Virus record (IMG/VR): IMGVR_UViG_2645728091_000002
Location: 1-7,424 of that record
Source of the DNA: a virus
Taxonomy: Duplodnaviria > Heunggongvirae > Uroviricota > Caudoviricetes
Length of the DNA stretch: 7,424 bases
Strand: one strand, 5' to 3'
Position 1 is the stretch's first letter; each line of letters opens with the position of its first letter. The notes beneath the pieces were generated by a model. It searched no databases, had not been told where the DNA came from, and saw only the letters and a list, made by a program, of their open reading frames with translations. Below, piece after piece: positions 1 through 6,043 of this stretch. The translations under genes and the position numbers were made by a program.

Positions 1-95
1 GTCGTCATGTGGGATGGCTGGTTCAGACTTCAGGATATGGTTGAGGGTTACCTGGTGATGAAGTCTCTTGATCAGGAGATCTGATCAAGAGACAG
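1..95 (+). mobile_element. Right end of an IS50-like (IS4 family) insertion sequence: transposase C-terminal fragment (1..84, continues upstream of the window) plus 19-bp terminal inverted repeat (77..95)
   Basis: Frame 1 of + strand reads VVMWDGWFRLQDMVEGYLVMKSLDQEI-stop (TGA 82-84), which resembles the Tn5 transposase C-terminus as I recall it (…WEGWEALQSKLDGFLAAKDLMAQGIKI). The reverse complement of 77-95 is CTGTCTCTTGATCAGATCT, matching the 19-bp IS50 inside-end sequence. The protein tail differs from IS50, so this is a relative, not IS50 itself. Lambda-O-like sequence begins abruptly at 96. Confidence 0.7.
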
Positions 96-458
96 CTCGT
101 TTTGAGGGATGCACCATTCTGAGATGTTTTTATTTGGTCCAAACATGCCGCCTTGCTGCTTGATAATATTCATTCTGACGAGCTCTAACTTGGCTTCATT
201 GCATCGTTTGACAGGTAACTTTGTAATCTCACTAAGTTGAGAATCGGTGATTCTGTCCATTGGTTTATTCCACCCATAGGTTTTACGCAGAATGGCAAGC
301 AGCACTTTAAACTGTCGCTTGGTCAGATCTGCGCCTGAATAAGCCTCAAGCAGCATATTTGATAGTCTGGCGTAACCATCATCGAGATCTGCCACATTAC
401 GCTCCTGTTCGGCAAAGTTACCTCTGCCGAAGTTGAGTATTTTTGCTGTATTTGTCAT
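72..458 (-). pseudogene. O: Lambda-type replication initiator O, truncated after codon 121 by the IS insertion; fused to 7 IS-derived codons (LSLDQIS) before a stop
   Basis: Translation MTNTAKILNFGRGNF…NISEWCIPQNE matches the lambda O N-terminal domain as I recall it. Likely start is ATG at 456-458 with GGAG 6 nt upstream; the 143-aa ORF in the track is an upstream over-extension. O-derived sequence ends at 96, inside ATCCCTCAAAACGAG (minus strand, 96-110), the left half of a lambda ori iteron (TCCCTC-AAAAC-GAGGGA). Full-length O is about 299 aa. Confidence 0.85.
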
Positions 459-492
459 AATTACTCCTGTGGATTGATCCAGTCTTTCTACA

Positions 493-771
493 TCAGGCCT
501 CAAAACTGTTGCAGCAGTCTTGAGGCTTTTCTTTTGTCAGCACCATGGCTACTTTCTTTGCCAGCTCCGCTAATTCCTCGTCTTCAACACCCCACTCCAG
601 CACAGCCAGAAGCATGGCCATCTTTGGGATAAAGCTGTCTTTCCATCGCGAAATTTGCGATTCATTAATCCCTAATGCATCAGCAACCTTTCGCTGACCA
701 CGTACAGCAATTCGATTTAGGATGTTGCTTGTAATTGCATTCGCTTTCTTGCGAGTACTTGTAAGTTGCAT
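493..771 (-). CDS. c1: cII-family transcriptional activator, P22 C1-type (92 aa)
   Basis: Sequence MQLTSTRKKANAIT…QISRWK…IPKM…LLAVLEWGV… has the cII/C1 family hallmarks (SQISRWK helix-turn-helix region, LLAVLEWGV). It sits between cro and O as in lambdoid phages. I chose the internal ATG (769-771) over the track's ATG at 858 because the longer form would run through nutR boxB and the 92-aa form has the family length. Confidence 0.8.
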   Translation of the reverse strand: MQLTSTRKKANAITSNILNRIAVRGQRKVADALGINESQISRWKDSFIPKMAMLLAVLEWGVEDEELAELAKKVAMVLTKEKPQDCCNSFEA

Positions 772-828
772 ATGTAAGTATTTCCTTAACAAATAAGAAG
801 TTATACGCACCAACTGATGCGCGTTGTA

Positions 829-872
829 TTCCCGCATTTCGGCGGGAATGAGGACCATGACTGTTAAAGAGC
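829..872 (-). promoter_or_regulatory. nutR: boxA (862-872, GCTCTTTAACA on minus strand) and boxB hairpin (829-848, TTCCCGCCGAAATGCGGGAA on minus strand)
   Basis: boxA matches the boxA consensus (CGCTCTT-A type). boxB is a stem CCCGC/GCGGG around a purine-rich loop. The same boxA (11/11) and boxB core recur at nutL (1960-2000) with near-identical spacing. Confidence 0.7.
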
Positions 873-879
873 AATTTGC

Positions 880-1065
880 TTATGCCGCTTTGCGATAAGC
901 ACTTTCTTGATACTTCAGGGCGCCAGCTGTAACGACTTCCAGTCGATAGGCGTCTTTCTCTGGGATGACTTCCTTCCACTGAGAGACTGCTGCATCGCTA
1001 ATGCCTAACGCTTTAGCTACCGCACGCTGGGTTCCGAAGTGGTCGATAACATCTTTCTTGTACAT
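880..1065 (-). CDS. cro: Cro repressor, P22-type (61 aa)
   Basis: MYKKDVIDHFGTQRAVAKALGISDAAVSQWKEVIPEKDAYRLEVVTAGALKYQESAYRKAA matches P22 Cro as I recall it. GGAG lies 7 nt upstream of the ATG on the minus strand. It is divergent from the repressor gene across an operator region. Confidence 0.9.
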   Translation of the reverse strand: MYKKDVIDHFGTQRAVAKALGISDAAVSQWKEVIPEKDAYRLEVVTAGALKYQESAYRKAA

Positions 1066-1145
1066 AGACTCGCTCCGAAATTAAAGAACACTTAAATCAT
1101 CTGTCAAAGGAATCTTAAGTCAAGTTTATTTAAGATATCTTAACT
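1066..1145. promoter_or_regulatory. OR operator region with divergent pR (minus strand, towards cro) and pRM (plus strand, towards c2)
   Basis: Contains ATTTAAG/CTTAAAT-type half-sites: aattaaagaacacttaaat (1079-1097) and the 14-bp palindrome ttaagatatcttaa (1130-1143). Minus-strand -35 TTGACA is the complement of 1102-1107, with an A/T-rich -10 candidate about 17 bp downstream. The c2 ATG at 1146 has essentially no leader or Shine-Dalgarno, as in the lambda cI/pRM arrangement. Confidence 0.7.
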
Positions 1146-1796
1146 ATGAATACACAACTGATGGGTGAGCGTATTCGCGCTCGCAGAAAAGAACTCAAGA
1201 TTAGGCAGGCTGCCCTTGGCAAGATGGTTGGCGTGTCTAATGTTGCTATTTCCCAATGGGAGCGTTCTGAAACTGAGCCCAATGGCGAAAACCTATTGGC
1301 CTTAGCCAAGGCTTTGCAGTGTTCCCCTGATTACTTGTTGAAAGGAGAAGATAGTCTTTCAAACATTGCCTATCACAGCAGGCATGATCCAAGAGGTTCG
1401 TATCCTCTAATTAGTTGGGTAAGCGCAGGATGTTGGATGGAAGCTGTAGAGCCATATCATAAGCGTGCAATAGATAACTGGTACGATACAACCGTAGATT
1501 GTTCAGAAGATTCGTTTTGGCTGGACGTAAAAGGTGATTCGATGACGGCTCCAGCCGGTCTTAGCATCCCTGAAGGGATGATAATACTCGTCGATCCTGA
1601 AGTAGAACCTCGTAATGGGAAGCTGGTAGTGGCAAAGCTCGAAGGAGAAAACGAGGCAACTTTCAAGAAGTTAGTTATTGATGCTGGCAGGAGGTTTCTA
1701 AAACCACTTAACCCACAATATCCGATGATTGAGATCAACGGGAACTGCAAAATCATCGGTGTAGTTGTCGATGCAAAAATAGCAAACCTTCCATAA
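1146..1796 (+). CDS. c2: Prophage repressor, P22 C2-type (216 aa), LexA-like S24 autopeptidase C-terminal domain
   Basis: MNTQLMGERIRARRKELKIRQAALGKMVGVSNVAISQWERSE… is an HTH_3-type N-terminal domain and matches P22 C2 as I recall it. It has an Ala94-Gly95 cleavage site (VSAGCW), a GDSM serine motif (S132) and FKKL lysine (K174/K175), consistent with RecA-stimulated self-cleavage. Confidence 0.92.
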   Translation: MNTQLMGERIRARRKELKIRQAALGKMVGVSNVAISQWERSETEPNGENLLALAKALQCSPDYLLKGEDSLSNIAYHSRHDPRGSYPLISWVSAGCWMEAVEPYHKRAIDNWYDTTVDCSEDSFWLDVKGDSMTAPAGLSIPEGMIILVDPEVEPRNGKLVVAKLEGENEATFKKLVIDAGRRFLKPLNPQYPMIEINGNCKIIGVVVDAKIANLP

Positions 1797-1820
1797 GGGG
1801 CATTCGCCCCTTTTTTCTTT
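1797..1820 (+). terminator. Rho-independent terminator immediately after c2
   Basis: GGGGC(1797-1801)-ATTC-GCCCC(1806-1810) stem-loop followed by TTTTTTCTTT. Confidence 0.75.
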
Positions 1821-1854
1821 CCTTTAAAAATCAAAGCAAAACTTAAGCCCTGCA

Positions 1855-1925
1855 ATAAAATTTAAGTTTTCTTCAAAAACACTCTTGACCACAAATTAAA
1901 GAAATCTTAAATTTAAGTCATCAGC
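1855..1925 (+). promoter_or_regulatory. OL operators and pL promoter (leftward early promoter, + strand in this window)
   Basis: -35 TTGACC (1885-1890), 17-bp spacer, -10 TAAATT (1908-1913). Operator-like repeat aattaaagaaatcttaaat (1894-1912) matches the OR copy at 17/19 positions. Further ATTTAAG half-sites at 1860-1866 and 1911-1917. Confidence 0.7.
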
Positions 1926-1959
1926 AGGACGCTGGTAGCCAAACGGAACAGATTGGCAG

Positions 1960-2000
1960 GCTCTTTAACATTGATGGGATTGTCCCGCCGAAATGCGGGA
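1960..2000 (+). promoter_or_regulatory. nutL: boxA GCTCTTTAACA (1960-1970) and boxB hairpin TCCCGCCGAAATGCGGGA (1983-2000)
   Basis: Same boxA and boxB as nutR on the opposite strand. Located between pL and the N-like gene, as expected for an N-utilisation site. Confidence 0.7.
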
Positions 2001-2114
2001 ACCAAAGAGTAGTTGGCTTTGGGGTGATGTGAAGTGCAGCCGCGCGACAGCATCAGGGAATTAACCTCCCACCCCCCGTCACGTCACCGCTAAAGTCAAT
2101 CATCGGAGGTCAAC

Positions 2115-2414
2115 ATGACAGTAGTCATTACATATCTGGCTGACGATAACGCCAGAAATCGCCGCAGAGCACGCAGACAGGCTCAACGTGAACAGGCAAT
2201 GCAAGAGCAGCGACTGGCGCGAAAGATTGCGCTAAAGCTCTCTGGTTGCGTCAGAGCAGATAAAGCAGCATCACTCGGAAGCCTTCGCTGCCAGAAGGCA
2301 GAAGAAGTCGAGCGTAAACAGAACCGTATTTACTACAGCAAGCCACGCAGTGAAATGGGTGTGACTTGTGTTGGTCGCCAGAAAATGAAATTAGGCAGCA
2401 AACCACTTATTTGA
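2115..2414 (+). CDS. N: N-family transcription antiterminator (99 aa) with an atypical arginine-rich motif
   Basis: C-terminal two-thirds (…LARKIALKLSGCVRADKAASLGSLRC…ERKQNRIYYSKPRSEMGVTCVGRQKMKLGSKPLI) parallels the lambda N C-terminus (ERKNQRTWYSKPGERGITCSGRQKIKGKSIPLI) and the phage 21 N body as I recall them. The N-terminal ARM is DNARNRRRARRQAQREQ. GGAGG lies 5 nt upstream of the ATG. It is the first gene downstream of pL/nutL. Confidence 0.85.
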   Translation: MTVVITYLADDNARNRRRARRQAQREQAMQEQRLARKIALKLSGCVRADKAASLGSLRCQKAEEVERKQNRIYYSKPRSEMGVTCVGRQKMKLGSKPLI

Positions 2415-2422
2415 GGTGATAT

Positions 2423-2872
2423 ATGGAAGAACAGGCAAATAAGATTCTCATAGAACTATTGCAAAAAGCCAGTAATGGAATAGACGCGGCTGTCTCATTT
2501 AGCCAGGCACAGATTCCTGATGTTGTTCATCAGTTGCTGCTATGGAATATGGTTGATAGCCTGATTAAAACATTAATAGCCATTTTAACAATCCCGCTGG
2601 TTTTCTGGTTTATGAAGAAACAGTACCAAAAAGTTGAAATTGGTAAGTTCGATGATGAAGGATGGTCATGGGATAAGGGGAAGACTAAATACAAACCGAC
2701 TATGATTTGGGAAAGTAACGGTGAGATTAGTTTTCTAATCTTACCATTAGCTGCAGTTTTTGTTCTGTGGGTAAGTTTTATTATTGCTGTAGTAACCAAT
2801 ATGACATGGTTAGAAATTTTGCTGGCTCCAAAGCTTTACCTTATCGAATATGCAGCATCATTGGTTAAGTAA
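2423..2872 (+). CDS. Small membrane protein (149 aa, two predicted TM helices), function unknown; occupies the position where lambdoid phages carry sieB-type superinfection-exclusion genes
   Basis: GAGGTGA Shine-Dalgarno overlaps the N stop codon, with the ATG 8 nt after N, so it is translationally coupled. Hydrophobic segments LIKTLIAILTIPLVFWFM and ISFLILPLAAVFVLWVSFIIAVV. Visibly more A+T-rich than the flanking N and Red genes. I do not recognise the sequence as a named protein. Confidence 0.75.
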   Translation: MEEQANKILIELLQKASNGIDAAVSFSQAQIPDVVHQLLLWNMVDSLIKTLIAILTIPLVFWFMKKQYQKVEIGKFDDEGWSWDKGKTKYKPTMIWESNGEISFLILPLAAVFVLWVSFIIAVVTNMTWLEILLAPKLYLIEYAASLVK

Positions 2873-2876
2873 TTTC

Positions 2877-2902
2877 AGGCCGCATAGTCGGCCTTTATTT
2901 TT
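2877..2902 (+). terminator. Rho-independent terminator after the membrane-protein gene (tL1-like position)
   Basis: AGGCCG(2877-2882)-CATAGT-CGGCCT(2889-2894) stem followed by TTATTTTT. Confidence 0.7.
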
Positions 2903-2931
2903 GGCACTAACAACAGAATAAACACTGCACT

Positions 2932-2959
2932 GTGTATTCATTCCAACGAGTGAATACAC
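2932..2959 (+). other. Stable stem-loop (11-bp stem with one G·U, 6-nt loop) in a non-coding segment; not followed by a U-tract
   Basis: GTGTATTCATT (2932-2942) pairs with AGTGAATACAC (2949-2959); loop CCAACG. No convincing ORF or promoter around it. Confidence 0.5.
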
Positions 2960-3021
2960 GGAGCAATGTCGCTCGTAACTAAACAGGAGCCGACTTGTTC
3001 TGATTATTGGAAATCTTCTTT

Positions 3022-3048
3022 GCCCTCCAGTGTGAGGGCGATTTTTTA
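3022..3048 (+). terminator. Rho-independent terminator just upstream of the ea10-like gene
   Basis: GCCCTC(3022-3027)-CAGTGT-GAGGGC(3034-3039) stem followed by GATTTTTTA. Confidence 0.7.
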
Positions 3049-3067
3049 TCTATGAGGATATGAATAG

Positions 3068-3436
3068 ATGTCAAACATCAAAAAATACATCATTGATTAC
3101 GACTGGAAAGCATCAATAGAAATTGAAATCGACCATGACGTAATGACAGAGGAAAAACTTCACCAGATTAATAATTTCTGGTCAGACTCTGAATACCGAC
3201 TCAATAAACACGGCTCTGTATTAAATGCTGTATTAATCATGCTGGCGCAACATGCTCTGCTTATAGCAATTTCAAGCGACTTAAATGCATATGGTGTTGT
3301 GTGTGAGTTCGACTGGAATGATGGAAATGGTCAGGAAGGATGGCCTCCAATGGATGGTAGCGAAGGAATAAGAATTACCGATATCGATACATCAGGAATA
3401 TTTGATTCAGATGATATGACTATCAAGGCCGCCTGA
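3068..3436 (+). CDS. ea10: Acidic 122-aa early-left-operon protein; probable counterpart of lambda Ea10
   Basis: GAGGA lies 9 nt upstream of the ATG. The gene sits immediately upstream of cIII and has the 122-aa length I associate with lambda Ea10. The assignment rests on position and size; I do not reliably recall the Ea10 sequence. The C-terminal third is strongly acidic (DWNDGNGQEGWPPMDGSEG…DSDDM). Confidence 0.6.
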   Translation: MSNIKKYIIDYDWKASIEIEIDHDVMTEEKLHQINNFWSDSEYRLNKHGSVLNAVLIMLAQHALLIAISSDLNAYGVVCEFDWNDGNGQEGWPPMDGSEGIRITDIDTSGIFDSDDMTIKAA

Positions 3437-3460
3437 GTGCGGTTTTACCGCATACCAATA

Positions 3461-3482
3461 ACGCTTCACTCGAGGCGTTTTT
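3461..3482 (+). terminator. Putative terminator or RNA structure upstream of the cIII ribosome-binding site
   Basis: ACGCTTC(3461-3467)-ACTC-GAGGCGT(3472-3478), a 7-bp stem with one G·U, followed by TTTTTCGTT. Could also be part of the cIII leader structures known to modulate cIII translation in lambda. Confidence 0.45.
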
Positions 3483-3508
3483 CGTTATGTATAAATAAGG
3501 AGCACACC

Positions 3509-3673
3509 ATGCAATATGCCATTGCAGGGTGGCCTGTTGCTGGCTGCCCTTCCGAATCTTTACTTGAACGAATCACCCGTAAATTACGTGACGGATGGAA
3601 ACGCCTTATCGACATACTTAATCAGCCAGGAGTCCCAAAGAATGGATCAAACACTTATGGCTATCCAGACTAA
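3509..3673 (+). CDS. cIII: CIII (54 aa), inhibitor of FtsH-mediated CII degradation
   Basis: [54 protein letters not shown] matches lambda CIII as I recall it. AAGGAG lies 6 nt upstream of the ATG at 3509. The 78-aa ORF in the track is an in-frame upstream over-extension. Confidence 0.92.
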   Translation: MQYAIAGWPVAGCPSESLLERITRKLRDGWKRLIDILNQPGVPKNGSNTYGYPD

Positions 3674-3785
3674 ATTCACTATCGCCACTTTTATTGGCGA
3701 TGAAAAGATGTTTCGTGAAGCCGTCGACGCTTATAAAAAATGGATATTAATGCTGAAACTGAGATCAAGCAAAAGCATTCACTAA
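3642..3785 (+). CDS. kil: Kil (47 aa), host cell-division inhibitor
   Basis: [47 protein letters not shown] matches lambda Kil as I recall it. AGGAG lies 9 nt upstream. It overlaps the 3' end of cIII in another frame, as in lambda. The 89-aa track ORF is an over-extension. Confidence 0.85.
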   Translation: MDQTLMAIQTKFTIATFIGDEKMFREAVDAYKKWILMLKLRSSKSIH

Positions 3786-4156
3786 CCCCCTTTCCTGTTT
3801 TCCTAATCAGCCTGGCATTTCGCGGGCGATATTTTCACAGCTATTTCAGGAGTTCAGCCATGAACGCTTATTACATTCAGGATCGTCTTGAGGCTCAGAG
3901 CTGGGCGCGTCACTACCAGCAGATCGCCCGTGAAGAGAAAGAGGCAGAACTGGCAGACGACATGGAAAAAGGCCTGCCCCAGCACCTGTTTGAATCGCTA
4001 TGCATCGATCATTTGCAACGCCACGGGGCCAGCAAAAAAGCCATTACCCGTGCGTTTGATGACGATGTTGAGTTTCAGGAGCGCATGGCAGAACACATCC
4101 GGTACATGGTTGAAACCATTGCTCACCACCAGGTTGATATTGATTCAGAGGTATAA
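3740..4156 (+). CDS. gam: Gam (138 aa), RecBCD inhibitor
   Basis: [80 protein letters not shown]… is near-identical to lambda Gam as I recall it. The internal Met (MNAYYIQ…) corresponds to the short Gam form. Confidence 0.93.
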   Translation: MDINAETEIKQKHSLTPFPVFLISLAFRGRYFHSYFRSSAMNAYYIQDRLEAQSWARHYQQIAREEKEAELADDMEKGLPQHLFESLCIDHLQRHGASKKAITRAFDDDVEFQERMAEHIRYMVETIAHHQVDIDSEV

Positions 4157-4161
4157 AACGG

Positions 4162-4947
4162 ATGAGTACAGCACTCGCAACGCTGGCTGGGAAGCTGGCT
4201 GAACGAGTCGGCATGGATTCTGTCGACCCACAGGAACTGATCACCACTCTTCGCCAGACGGCATTTAAAGGTGATGCCAGCGATGCGCAGTTCATCGCAT
4301 TGCTGATCGTCGCCAACCAGTACGGTCTTAATCCGTGGACGAAAGAAATTTACGCCTTCCCTGATAAGCAGAACGGCATCGTTCCGGTGGTGGGCGTTGA
4401 TGGCTGGTCCCGCATCATCAACGAAAACCAGCAGTTTGACGGCATGGACTTTGAACAGGACAACGAATCCTGCACATGCCGGATTTACCGCAAAGACCGC
4501 AATCATCCGATCTGCGTTACCGAGTGGATGGATGAATGCCGCCGCGAACCATTCAAAACCCGCGAAGGCAGAGAAATCACCGGACCGTGGCAGTCGCATC
4601 CCAAACGGATGTTACGGCATAAAGCCATGATTCAGTGTGCCCGTCTGGCCTTCGGATTTGCTGGTATCTATGACAAGGATGAAGCCGAGCGCATTGTCGA
4701 AAATACTGCATACACTGCAGAACGTCAGCCGGAACGCGACATCACTCCGGTTAACGATGAAACCATGCAGGAGATTAACACTCTGCTGATCGCCCTGGAT
4801 AAAACATGGGATGACGACTTATTGCCGCTCTGTTCCCTGATATTTCGCCGCGACATTCGCGCATCGTCAGAACTGACACAGGCCGAAGCAGTGAAAGCTC
4901 TTGGATTCCTGAAACAGAAAGCCACTGAGCAGAAGGTGGCAGCATGA
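4162..4947 (+). CDS. bet: Bet (261 aa), Red-beta single-strand annealing protein
   Basis: [100 protein letters not shown]… matches lambda Bet in sequence and length. Confidence 0.95.
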   Translation: MSTALATLAGKLAERVGMDSVDPQELITTLRQTAFKGDASDAQFIALLIVANQYGLNPWTKEIYAFPDKQNGIVPVVGVDGWSRIINENQQFDGMDFEQDNESCTCRIYRKDRNHPICVTEWMDECRREPFKTREGREITGPWQSHPKRMLRHKAMIQCARLAFGFAGIYDKDEAERIVENTAYTAERQPERDITPVNDETMQEINTLLIALDKTWDDDLLPLCSLIFRRDIRASSELTQAEAVKALGFLKQKATEQKVAA

Positions 4948-5624
4948 CACCGGACATTATCCTGCAGCGTACCGGGATCGACGTGAGAGCTGTCGAACAG
5001 GGGGATGATGCATGGCACAAATTACGGCTCGGCGTCATCACCGCTTCAGAAGTTCACAACGTGATAGCAAAGCCCCGATCAGGAAAGAAGTGGCCTGACA
5101 TGAAAATGTCCTACTTCCACACCCTGCTAGCTGAGGTTTGCACCGGTGTGGCTCCGGAAGTTAACGCTAAAGCGCTGGCCTGGGGAAAACAGTACGAGAA
5201 CGACGCCAGAACCCTGTTTGAGTTCACTTCCGGCGTAAATGTTATTGAATCCCCGATCATCTATCGCGACGAAAGTATGCGCACCGCCTGCTCTCCCGAT
5301 GGTTTATGCAGTGACGGCAATGGCCTTGAGCTGAAATGCCCGTTTACCTCCCGGGATTTCATGAAATTCCGGCTCGGTGGTTTCGAGGCCATAAAGTCGG
5401 CTTACATGGCCCAGGTGCAGTACAGCATGTGGGTGACGCGAAAAGATGCCTGGTACTTTGCCAACTATGACCCGCGTATGAAGCGTGAAGGCCTGCATTA
5501 TGTCGTGATTGAGCGGAATGAAAAGTATATAGCGAGTTTTGACGAGATGGTGCCGGAGTTCATCGAAAAAATGGACGAGGCACTGGCTGAAATTGGTTTT
5601 GTATTTGGGGAGCAATGGCGATGA
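4944..5624 (+). CDS. exo: Exo (226 aa), Red-alpha 5'-3' exonuclease
   Basis: [94 protein letters not shown]… matches lambda Exo. The start overlaps the bet stop (ATGA), as in lambda. Confidence 0.95.
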   Translation: MTPDIILQRTGIDVRAVEQGDDAWHKLRLGVITASEVHNVIAKPRSGKKWPDMKMSYFHTLLAEVCTGVAPEVNAKALAWGKQYENDARTLFEFTSGVNVIESPIIYRDESMRTACSPDGLCSDGNGLELKCPFTSRDFMKFRLGGFEAIKSAYMAQVQYSMWVTRKDAWYFANYDPRMKREGLHYVVIERNEKYIASFDEMVPEFIEKMDEALAEIGFVFGEQWR

Positions 5625-5803
5625 AACATCCTCACGATAATATCCGCGTAGGCACGATCACTTTCGTCTACTCCGTTACGAAGCGAGGCTGGGTATTTCC
5701 CGGCCTTTCTGTTATCCGAAATCCACTGAAAGCACAGCGGCTGGCTGAGGAGATAAATAATAAACGGGGAGCTGTATGCACAAAGCATCTCCCGTTGAGT
5801 TAA
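5621..5803 (+). CDS. Small protein corresponding in position and size to lambda orf60a (60 aa)
   Basis: ATG overlaps the exo stop (ATGA at 5621-5624). 60 aa from [19 protein letters not shown]… An alternative start two codons upstream (5615) gives the 62-aa track ORF. Position immediately distal to exo as in lambda. Confidence 0.7.
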   Translation: MKHPHDNIRVGTITFVYSVTKRGWVFPGLSVIRNPLKAQRLAEEINNKRGAVCTKHLPLS

Positions 5804-5967
5804 GAACGAGTATCGAGATGGCACATAGCCTCGCTCAAATTGGAGTCAGGTTTGTGCCAATACCAGTAGAAACAGACGAAGAATTTCATACGTTAGCCGC
5901 ATCCCTTTCACAAAAGCTGGAAATGATGGTGGCGAAAGCAGAAGCAGATGAGAGAGACCAGGTATGA
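5776..5967 (+). CDS. Small protein corresponding in position and size to lambda orf63 (63 aa)
   Basis: 63-aa [66 protein letters not shown], overlapping the end of the preceding gene as in the lambda orf60a/orf63 arrangement. Confidence 0.7.
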   Translation: MHKASPVELRTSIEMAHSLAQIGVRFVPIPVETDEEFHTLAASLSQKLEMMVAKAEADERDQV

Positions 5968-6043
5968 CAACCACTGAATGCATTTTTCTGGCAGCGGGCT
6001 TCATATTCTGTGTGCTTATGCTTGCCGACATGGGACTTGTTCA

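Noticed and set aside
1-95. Calling the left element Tn5/IS50 itself
   Set aside because: The 19-bp end matches the IS50 inside end, but the encoded transposase tail (…YLVMKSLDQEI) differs from the Tn5 transposase C-terminus I recall (…DLMAQGIKI). It is called IS50-like pending comparison of the full element.
459-503. 15-codon N-terminal extension of the O ORF (start at 503)
   Set aside because: The recognisable O N-terminus begins at MTNTAKIL (ATG 456-458), with GGAG 6 nt upstream. The extension overlaps the c1 stop region and has no ribosome-binding site.
493-858. Longer 121-aa form of c1 starting at 858
   Set aside because: That start sits beyond nutR, so translation would run through the boxB hairpin (829-848). 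The internal ATG at 769-771 gives a 92-aa protein of typical cII/C1 length.
680-979. 99-aa minus-strand ORF overlapping c1 and cro in another frame
   Set aside because: It is overlapped end to end by the better-supported c1 and cro genes and the nutR site; its translation is Arg/Ser-rich without features.
1457-1855. 132-aa minus-strand ORF antisense to the repressor gene
   Set aside because: Antisense shadow of c2; runs through the c2 terminator and OL; no start context.
2530-2799. 89-aa minus-strand ORF antisense to the 149-aa membrane gene
   Set aside because: Contained within the translationally coupled plus-strand gene; no Shine-Dalgarno. The plus-strand frame has the stronger start context and clear TM helices.
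2966-3055. 29-codon ORF (MSLVTKQEPTCSDYWKSSLPSSVRAIFYL) in the N–ea10 intergenic segment as a ral-like gene
   Set aside because: The ATG is only 2 nt from the nearest GGAG. The frame runs through the terminator hairpin and has no resemblance to Ral that I can recognise. The segment is treated as non-coding RNA structure instead.
3437-3785. Track ORFs 3437..3673 (78 aa) and 3516..3785 (89 aa) as independent genes
   Set aside because: They are upstream over-extensions of cIII (true start 3509 after AAGGAG) and kil (true start 3642 after AGGAG), respectively.
3888-5041. Alternative-frame and antisense ORFs inside gam, bet and exo (3888..4202 +, 4044..4316 -, 4123..4599 -, 4397..4630 +, 4725..5018 -, 4775..5041 -)
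   Set aside because: They lie wholly within genes whose products match lambda Gam, Bet and Exo along their full length. Their translations are low-complexity, Arg/Ser/Cys-rich with no recognisable motifs, and they lack Shine-Dalgarno sequences. They are typical shadow ORFs of moderately GC-rich coding DNA.
5304-6031. Minus-strand ORFs 5304..5615, 5498..5824 and 5846..6031
   Set aside because: Antisense to exo and the orf60a/orf63-like genes in a co-directional operon; no ribosome-binding sites; unconvincing protein sequence.
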